DNA of 64,000 nt from Ignavibacteriales bacterium (GTDB lineage Bacteria > Bacteroidota > Ignavibacteria > UBA10030 > UBA8401), in contig JAPLFO010000148.1 in the NCBI GenBank assembly GCA_026390635.1, positions 124,080-188,079 on the forward strand, in the 5' to 3' direction. Of this stretch, positions 57,633-64,000 are shown in pieces. The notes under the pieces were generated by a model. It did not search any database, was not told the origin of the DNA, and saw nothing but the letters and a program-made list of their open reading frames with translations. Numbering within the stretch: the first letter of the stretch is position 1; each line of letters begins with the position of its first letter. Both the position numbers and the translations under genes were made by a program.

Positions 57633-59144
57633 CTACCGTTCGAACATGTCCGCTACGGGAAGAATCGTCACGTTGTTTGCTTTGATCTTCAATGGAAACG
57701 TACTGATTTGTTTATCTTCCGCCAGAACGGCATCCGGTTTCGGTGTCTTGTAAGTGATGGGACTCACCGCGTTCGTGACTAACGCGTCTTTGAAGGTCTG
57801 TGCATCTTTCGTTACAATGGCGATCTGCATATTCTCGTGCTGCCAGTATTTCCTGATGGCAGCATTGACATCTTTCAGCGTGATATTTTCCATCGCCGCC
57901 CGGAATTTCTCCAGATGGCTCCCGTCGATTCCGTAAAATACGTCGTCGAGCGCATAGCCAAGACGTTCCATCGTTGTTGGTGCATAATGGAGCACGTATT
58001 TTTTGAGGAAGTTCCTGGTCAGCGTGAAATCTTCATTCGTCATGCCGTTGTCAACAAGCCGGGTGAATTCTCGTACTGCGGCGCGCAGGGCAAAATGCCG
58101 GGTTTCGTTCGGGACGGGACGGATCCAGATCTCGAATATCTGCTGATGCCGGCACGCATTCTGCGGCGGCATTTGCATCCGTCCGCCATTGGGAAAATGT
58201 TCGATGTAGGCATAGTCACCGTAATTCAGTCCACGTTTTTCGCGGATCACCTGGTACAGGTGACTTGCAGAATTGCGATGCTCGCCGAGCCATGATGTCG
58301 CGATCGCAAGCGCGTACCAATCACGCGAACCGCGATGCGCACTGATGGGAAAACCGATGCTGATGGCCGTTGCCGGAGCATCTTTTTCGATCATCGCAAC
58401 ATGAAGCCCTTTCAGTGGAGCCGGCGTGGAGACCGGTGGTGCTGATCCAGCGCCCGCCGGAAGCGTTGCGAGATCGTTCTGCAATTTCTTAATCAGTCCT
58501 TCATCATATCCGCCGCCGAGTCCGATGACGACGTTGTCGCGCATAAAGTGCTTTGCATAGAACGATTTCACGTCGTCAACTGTAATGCTTTTCACCGACT
58601 GCACAGTACCGCTGGTGATGTGCCCATAGGGTGTTCCGGCATAGACCGAATTGTACAATAGCGCCTTGCCGAGTTCTTCATCGCTGGAGTATCGCAGCGA
58701 ATTTTCGAGACGGTTGAGGACTTGGCTCTTGATGCGATCCAGATCTTCCGTTTTGAACGCCGGCCGGAGCAGCGCATCCATCAGCAACGGATAATATTCC
58801 GCGAGATTGTCTTTGTGGATGCGTCCGGTCACCACCGTCATTTCGACAGAGGTTGAGGCGTCATATCCCGCCGCGAGCGGAAAGAGTTTGTCGAGAATGA
58901 CCTCGTAGTTGTTGGCCTTCGTCGATGCATCCGTCAGCATGGCGGCCGTGATGGCCGCGAGACCTTCTTTGCCCGCCGGATCGTTCTGCGATCCTGTTTT
59001 GAACCAGAGGCGGAATGAAATTGTCGGATCGTTCTGTACCGGCAACAGCACAAGTTTCTTACCAGACACGATATGTTCTCCTGCAATGACCATAGATCCT
59101 GTCAGCATTCCCGCAATCATCAACGCCGTCATGAGTGCTCTCAT
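57633..59144 (-). CDS. M16B peptidase, non-catalytic subunit
   Basis: GSQNDPAGKEGLA without HxxEH; REKRGLNYG (R/Y pair). Confidence 0.88.
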   Translation of the reverse strand: MRALMTALMIAGMLTGSMVIAGEHIVSGKKLVLLPVQNDPTISFRLWFKTGSQNDPAGKEGLAAITAAMLTDASTKANNYEVILDKLFPLAAGYDASTSVEMTVVTGRIHKDNLAEYYPLLMDALLRPAFKTEDLDRIKSQVLNRLENSLRYSSDEELGKALLYNSVYAGTPYGHITSGTVQSVKSITVDDVKSFYAKHFMRDNVVIGLGGGYDEGLIKKLQNDLATLPAGAGSAPPVSTPAPLKGLHVAMIEKDAPATAISIGFPISAHRGSRDWYALAIATSWLGEHRNSASHLYQVIREKRGLNYGDYAYIEHFPNGGRMQMPPQNACRHQQIFEIWIRPVPNETRHFALRAAVREFTRLVDNGMTNEDFTLTRNFLKKYVLHYAPTTMERLGYALDDVFYGIDGSHLEKFRAAMENITLKDVNAAIRKYWQHENMQIAIVTKDAQTFKDALVTNAVSPITYKTPKPDAVLAEDKQISTFPLKIKANNVTILPVADMFER

Positions 59145-60475
59145 TATTTCGCTCCTTTCAGCACGACGACAGAGCGGGAATCCGGCACAAAATATTTCTG
59201 GGCCGCCTTCATCACGTCCTCTGCCGTCACGTTGTCGAGCGCTGCGTAGAAACCGTTGACGGTTTCAATACTTCCGCTGAGCGCCGCAAAACGGGCGAGC
59301 CCGCCTGCCACATGGTCCGGCGTCGACAGGTGCATCAGAAACGAGTATTTGTTTCTGCGTTTCAGATCGTTAAGTTTTTTTGCATCGACCGGAACTTTTT
59401 TGAACTGTTCGAGCACTGCGAAAATTTCATCCCGTACTGCAGCAACATCGTCCACTTTTTTGACCATAGAATAGATTTCAAATAACGGCACATCGCGATT
59501 GACGGGAATAGACGCGCTCAGCATCTGCACGCGCTGTTCGTTCACAACCAGCTTCTTGTAGATATCGGACGTTTCGCCGAACGCAAGATCCGACAGTACT
59601 GTCGACGCGACAAAGAGGCGGTTGCCCGGGTCATACGCATCCCCTTTGTAGGCGATATCCAGAATCGGGAGCGTCCGTCCGGGATAGTCGATGTCCGCCG
59701 TTCGTTCACCACGCTGCGGCGGTTCCGGCGTGATAGCCGGCAGCACATATCCCTTTTCCCATCCGCCGTAATATTGCTTCACCAACGACAGCGTTTTTTG
59801 CTGATCAATGTCTCCAACAATCAGCAGAACGACATTCTCGGGCCGGTAGAAGCGGTGGAAAAACGATTTGCTGTAGTCATAGGCTTCAGGCATCGCCTTG
59901 ATGTCCGCCTCGAAGCCGATGGTTGTATGCTTGTAGGTGTGCACGTCGAATGCAAGGTTCTGCATCTTCTCGTTCAGCACGGAAAAGGGGCTGGTGATTC
60001 CCTTGCGATACTCGCCGTAGACTGCGCCTGCTTCGGTCTGGAACTCACGCTGTTCGTACGATAGATTCTGAAAGCGATCACTTTCCATTTCGATTACTTT
60101 TTCGAGATCTTCTGTGGCGAGTTCCAGATGATATGCCGTGTAGTCGTCCGTCGTGTATGCATTGGCGTTCGCACCAATGCTGGTGATGACCGAATCATAG
60201 ACAGATCCGGGATATTTCTTTGTACCGCGGAACATCATGTGTTCGAAGAAATGTGCAAAGCCGGATTTTCCCGGTTCCACTTCGTCGCGACTACCTGTTC
60301 GAACGACGGAGTAGTACGCAACGAGCCCGGGGCTCTCCATCGGGATCATGATGACGGTGAGCCCGTTCGGAAGAATCTCTTTCTGATAGCGATATGGGAA
60401 AATAGAATCAGCCATGGCAATGCTTCCGATACCCAGCAGCAGAAGCGGCAATGCTCGGATGATGAGTTTCGTCAT
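59144..60475 (-). CDS. M16B peptidase, catalytic subunit
   Basis: GFAHFFEHMMFRG, NAYTTDD, VYGE; TAATG coupling to its partner. Confidence 0.93.
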   Translation of the reverse strand: MTKLIIRALPLLLLGIGSIAMADSIFPYRYQKEILPNGLTVIMIPMESPGLVAYYSVVRTGSRDEVEPGKSGFAHFFEHMMFRGTKKYPGSVYDSVITSIGANANAYTTDDYTAYHLELATEDLEKVIEMESDRFQNLSYEQREFQTEAGAVYGEYRKGITSPFSVLNEKMQNLAFDVHTYKHTTIGFEADIKAMPEAYDYSKSFFHRFYRPENVVLLIVGDIDQQKTLSLVKQYYGGWEKGYVLPAITPEPPQRGERTADIDYPGRTLPILDIAYKGDAYDPGNRLFVASTVLSDLAFGETSDIYKKLVVNEQRVQMLSASIPVNRDVPLFEIYSMVKKVDDVAAVRDEIFAVLEQFKKVPVDAKKLNDLKRRNKYSFLMHLSTPDHVAGGLARFAALSGSIETVNGFYAALDNVTAEDVMKAAQKYFVPDSRSVVVLKGAK

Positions 60476-60492
60476 GCGACAACCTCCGTGTC

Positions 60493-61212
60493 TTACTTTT
60501 TATGACCTGCGGGTTCTATGGCCATCAATTCCAGTTCGTAAATTAAGACTGCATTGGGTGCGACGGTCGGATAGGGAGCGCGATCGCCAAAGCCGAGCTC
60601 TGCCGGAACCACAATCTGCCATTTTGAACCGACAGACATCAGTTGGAGTGCTTCCGTCCATCCTTTGTTGACCGCGCCTACGGGCACAGAGACCATGCCG
60701 CCGTATTGATTCGAGTTGTCCACTTCTTTTCCGTCAATGGTTTTGCAGTTGAAGCGCAGTCCAACGACCTGGCTCATTTTCGGTTTGGCTCCGCTGCCGG
60801 GCGCCAGAATCTTATACTGAAGGCCGCTTGTCGTGGTAACAACACCCTGTTTCGCTTTGTTCTCCGCCAGGAATTTCGGACCCTCAGTCTTATTCTTCTC
60901 CGCCTGGACTTTCATTTTTTCCATGTGCCGTACTTTCAAGCGTTCCTGCAATTGCATTGCAACACCGCGAAGCTGTTCATCTGTAAAGAGCGCTTTGCCC
61001 TTGGTCGTATCGGCATCGAGGATCCCTTTTTCCACAAAGGTGGGATTCAGAACGAAATCCTGTTGTTGGAGATTCTTTGCAGTCTGGAAACCGATCGCAT
61101 AGCTTGCGCTATCCTCCAATGTCTTCATCTTCCCGGCTTCCTGGTTCTTCCCGCTGCAACCCGCCAGAAGAAGTCCCGCAACTAATCCAACTGCAATGAT
61201 CGTCTTTTTCAT
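60493..61212 (-). CDS. FKBP-type peptidyl-prolyl isomerase (FkpA/Mip-like lipoprotein)
   Basis: Lipobox LAGC, SYAIG, TTSGLQY, GWTEALQLM, PNAVLIYELEL. Confidence 0.92.
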   Translation of the reverse strand: MKKTIIAVGLVAGLLLAGCSGKNQEAGKMKTLEDSASYAIGFQTAKNLQQQDFVLNPTFVEKGILDADTTKGKALFTDEQLRGVAMQLQERLKVRHMEKMKVQAEKNKTEGPKFLAENKAKQGVVTTTSGLQYKILAPGSGAKPKMSQVVGLRFNCKTIDGKEVDNSNQYGGMVSVPVGAVNKGWTEALQLMSVGSKWQIVVPAELGFGDRAPYPTVAPNAVLIYELELMAIEPAGHKK

Positions 61213-61314
61213 GAGGCAAATATCCCTTCAAATAAAGAGTACTGTGATTGTGATCGAATTGAAGATTGACTTTTAAAATACGATTTTTTGACCGTTTCTC
61301 CAAGCTTCCGCTGT

Positions 61315-61343
61315 TTGCATTTGGCTCGATTTAGCTCTACTTT
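61315..61343 (+). promoter_or_regulatory. Candidate sigma70 promoter for the NFACT gene
   Basis: TTGCAT-N17-TACTTT. Confidence 0.4.
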
Positions 61344-61393
61344 AGATTCGGAATTTCACCGTTTTTGACTAGAAAAGGGCTTTTTTCCATTCC

Positions 61394-63055
61394 ATGCTTT
61401 CCCATCTCTACACCTTTCGTCATCTTGTTCTTTTGCTTTCAGCTTCAATGGAGGGCAAGACAATCGCTGCTATCTACTCTCAGGAGAAGAATCAGCTTTG
61501 TCTTGTCTTTGATGAGGACGATCCGTCGACCCTCGTTGTCTCTTGCGAAGCCTCTTTCAACTACGTTGTGAGCCGGCACGGTACCGGCCGCACAAAAAGG
61601 AACTCGATTGATCTCTTTCCGCACCTGCCGGGAAAGACTATCCGCAAAATTGGATGCAAAGATTTTGATAGAATCATCGAGATTGACCTGGAAACCGGAC
61701 AGCGTCTGGAAATCCTGATGTTCGGCACCAAGGCGAATGCCCTTCTTTACACCGGATCTACTCTCGAAGATGCTTTTCTGCGAAAAAAGGAAATCGTTGC
61801 CGGTGAAGAACTGGTTGCATACAAAGAACCGGCAGCATCATCCGCTTCAGATATCGCTTCCTGGATTGAGCGTTTTCGTTCATTCGCCGTGGACATGCCG
61901 CTTCATCGTGCACTTCGAAATGTTCTTCCTGATTTCGGGACCACTTTGACGACAGAAGCGCTTTTCCGTTGCGGTATGCCTGGAATGGATCCTGTCGGAC
62001 GGCTGATTGACCGTGATCTTGAGAGACTTTTTCATGCGGTCCAAAACATCCTCTCCATGCTGCAACCGTCCCCTGCACGCCTGCAGCCCTGCATCTACTA
62101 CGACGAGGAGAATACTCCGGTCTGTTTTTCCCTGCTGCCGCTTCATTCCATGGAACAATACCGACTTGAAATCTATCCTGACGTCAATGAGGGCATTCAG
62201 CGGTTCGTGTCCCGCAAACTGCGATCTGCTTCCTTCCTGAAAGAACAGGATTCCATCCTTTCACGGCTGCAGAAGGAGGAGAAGAAAATTGAGCATGCGT
62301 TAAGCCGGGTGACCAAGGATCTGGAAGAGAGTTCACGCTCGGACGAATATGAGCGGTCCGGAAAGATTCTGATGGCCCAGTTGCCGCTTTTGTCAAAAGG
62401 GATGAAATCATTCGAATATCAAGGCGAGAAGATCGCCATGGAGCCGGCAATGACTCCAGTCCAGAATGCCGAGCGCTACTTCGGTAAGGCAAAGAAATCG
62501 AAAGCAGCACGAGATGAACAGCGCGCCCGGACGTCCGAGCTGCAGAATGAGCTCATGGTTCTCCGTATGCTGGCGGAAGAGGCGGCGGAATTGCAGACAC
62601 CGGAAGCAATCGCCCGATTTCAGGATTCGAGAGAGAAATATCTTGCCCGTTTGGGGATAACACCACCCGGTTCGACCAAAGAACTTCCGCCCTTTCGGAT
62701 TTTCACAGTTGACGGTGGTTTTCAGGTCCTTGCCGGCAAAAGCAGTGAAAACAACGACCTACTCACTCTAAAATATGCAAAACCGGATGATCTCTGGTTC
62801 CATGCGCGCGGGTCGAGCGGATCGCATGTAGTCCTCAAAATCGGAAGCGCAAAAGGAGATCCGTCAAAGCGGGCTATCCATCAAGCGGCGTCTATTGCCG
62901 CCTATTACAGTAAGATGAAAAACGCCAGCATGATACCTGTTGCCATGACGGCAAAGAAGTTCGTCCGCAAACCGAAAGGCGTTCCAGCAGGGACTGTTGT
63001 AATTGAACGAGAAAAAGTGTTATTTGTGGAAGCAGAACTCCCCTCGGACTCATAA
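61394..63055 (+). CDS. rqcH: Ribosome quality control protein RqcH (NFACT/FbpA)
   Basis: DRII.I, QNAERYF.K.KK, GKSSENNDLLT, WFHARG..GSHV, AAYYS, VRKPKG. Confidence 0.88.
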   Translation: MLSHLYTFRHLVLLLSASMEGKTIAAIYSQEKNQLCLVFDEDDPSTLVVSCEASFNYVVSRHGTGRTKRNSIDLFPHLPGKTIRKIGCKDFDRIIEIDLETGQRLEILMFGTKANALLYTGSTLEDAFLRKKEIVAGEELVAYKEPAASSASDIASWIERFRSFAVDMPLHRALRNVLPDFGTTLTTEALFRCGMPGMDPVGRLIDRDLERLFHAVQNILSMLQPSPARLQPCIYYDEENTPVCFSLLPLHSMEQYRLEIYPDVNEGIQRFVSRKLRSASFLKEQDSILSRLQKEEKKIEHALSRVTKDLEESSRSDEYERSGKILMAQLPLLSKGMKSFEYQGEKIAMEPAMTPVQNAERYFGKAKKSKAARDEQRARTSELQNELMVLRMLAEEAAELQTPEAIARFQDSREKYLARLGITPPGSTKELPPFRIFTVDGGFQVLAGKSSENNDLLTLKYAKPDDLWFHARGSSGSHVVLKIGSAKGDPSKRAIHQAASIAAYYSKMKNASMIPVAMTAKKFVRKPKGVPAGTVVIEREKVLFVEAELPSDS

Positions 63056-63065
63056 AAACGCATAT

Positions 63066-63731
63066 ATGGCGGAATCGATTCTCGTTGTAGATGATGACAA
63101 CTATATTCGCGTAATCCTGCAGAAACGTCTCTCGACCGCCGGATACAATATTCGCGTTGCGGTGGACGGAGTAGCCGGTCTCGCTGCCGCCAAAGAATCC
63201 CAGCCCGACCTGATCATCTCCGATTGGACGATGCCGAATATGGACGGACTGGAACTGTGCCGGACAATCAAAAATGACGAGTTTCTTCGGTATGCATATT
63301 TCATCCTCCTCACGGCCAAGGACACGCAGGATGATAAAATTGAAGCGATTGAGGGCGGTGCGGACGACTATCTTACAAAACCATTCAACGACCGGGAGCT
63401 CATGGCGCGTGTCCGCGCAGGCCTGCGCATCGGGCGGCTGCAAAAAGAAATCTCGTCCCTTCAACACGAGAAAGCGGTGACCGAACTTGCTGTCACTCTC
63501 GGCCATGAAATCAACAATCCGCTTGGCATTATGATGCTGATGCTGCAGGTCATTCAACGGAAGGACAACGCGGTGCCGTTGAGCGAAATTCAAAAAGAAA
63601 TTGAAACGTGCTTAACGAACGGCAAGCGCATGGCGGAGATAGTGAAAAAGCTTTCAACCCTTGAGTCTCCGCAGTACAAGCCGTATCTTAAAAATTCAGG
63701 AACCAACATGCTGGACCTCAGCCAGTCGTAA
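63066..63731 (+). CDS. Response regulator receiver fused to a HisKA (DHp) domain, no HATPase
   Basis: ILVVDDD, SDWTMP, LTAK, YLTKPF, then TLGHEINNPL; ends without N/G boxes. Confidence 0.88.
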   Translation: MAESILVVDDDNYIRVILQKRLSTAGYNIRVAVDGVAGLAAAKESQPDLIISDWTMPNMDGLELCRTIKNDEFLRYAYFILLTAKDTQDDKIEAIEGGADDYLTKPFNDRELMARVRAGLRIGRLQKEISSLQHEKAVTELAVTLGHEINNPLGIMMLMLQVIQRKDNAVPLSEIQKEIETCLTNGKRMAEIVKKLSTLESPQYKPYLKNSGTNMLDLSQS

Positions 63732-63755
63732 ACGATTGGAGGAACATATCCCCCT

Positions 63756-64000
63756 ATGGACTTACTGGAATTTGACATCGATTTTCTTGCACAGAAGCTT
63801 TCATCCAACGCTTCGTCACCCATCTTCGCACGCCTGGCCGATCTGTATCTCGCCAAAGGACAGGTTGACGATGCACTAAAAATCTGCACCGACGGCGTTG
63901 CAGAGCATCCGGCCTACGCTTCGGGATTTGTTCTACTGGGACGCTGCTATATGGCGACCGAAGATAGGGGGAAAGCGGAGAAGGCGTTGACCCGGGCGCT
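63756..64000 (+). CDS. TPR protein, 3'-truncated by the window edge
   Basis: MDLLEFDIDFLAQKL..SPIFARLADLYLAKGQVDDALKIC..HPAYASGFVLLGRCY; GGAGG upstream; open to the end of the window. Confidence 0.8.
   Translation, partial: MDLLEFDIDFLAQKLSSNASSPIFARLADLYLAKGQVDDALKICTDGVAEHPAYASGFVLLGRCYMATEDRGKAEKALTRA

Noticed and set aside
1-64000. Prophage, IS transposase, integrase, tRNA/rRNA or a classical defence island
   Set aside because: No such motifs were recognised. The caspase has a signal peptide and no gasdermin, NLR or CRISPR neighbour, so a cell-death defence role is unsupported.

Overview
A gene-dense 64 kb bacterial chromosomal window. It most likely comes from an Ignavibacteria-like member of the Bacteroidota/Chlorobi group; this is inferred from a T9SS 'QNFPNPFNPST' C-terminal domain together with canonical TTGACA-N17-TAnnnT sigma70 promoters. 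Most of it is housekeeping and catabolic: ssb, ggt, hflX, an aminotransferase with pckA, hrcA-grpE-dnaJ-comEA-pilM-like-rsmD-coaD, kdsA-kdsD-lptC-lptA-like-lptB-aroF-tyrA, prfC, htpX, an RqcH/NFACT protein, GH20, and S9, S41 and M16 peptidases. I found no rRNA, tRNA, CRISPR array or transposase. Five things stand out. (1) An extracytoplasmic signalling cassette: exported TPR protein, exported WD40-Ig-caspase, DUF4384 protein and CHASE2 adenylate cyclase. (2) A small GIY-YIG nuclease gene enclosed by perfect 24-bp inverted repeats, with solo and nested copies of the repeat elsewhere in the window, a REP/RAYT-like arrangement built on a GIY-YIG nuclease. (3) A 62-bp branched palindrome inserted in frame in a T9SS secretion signal. 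(4) Two further palindromic repeat families. (5) Three broken reading frames (ggt, pckA, GIY-YIG) that may be real lesions or assembly errors. All family calls come from motif recognition by eye; no database searches were run.
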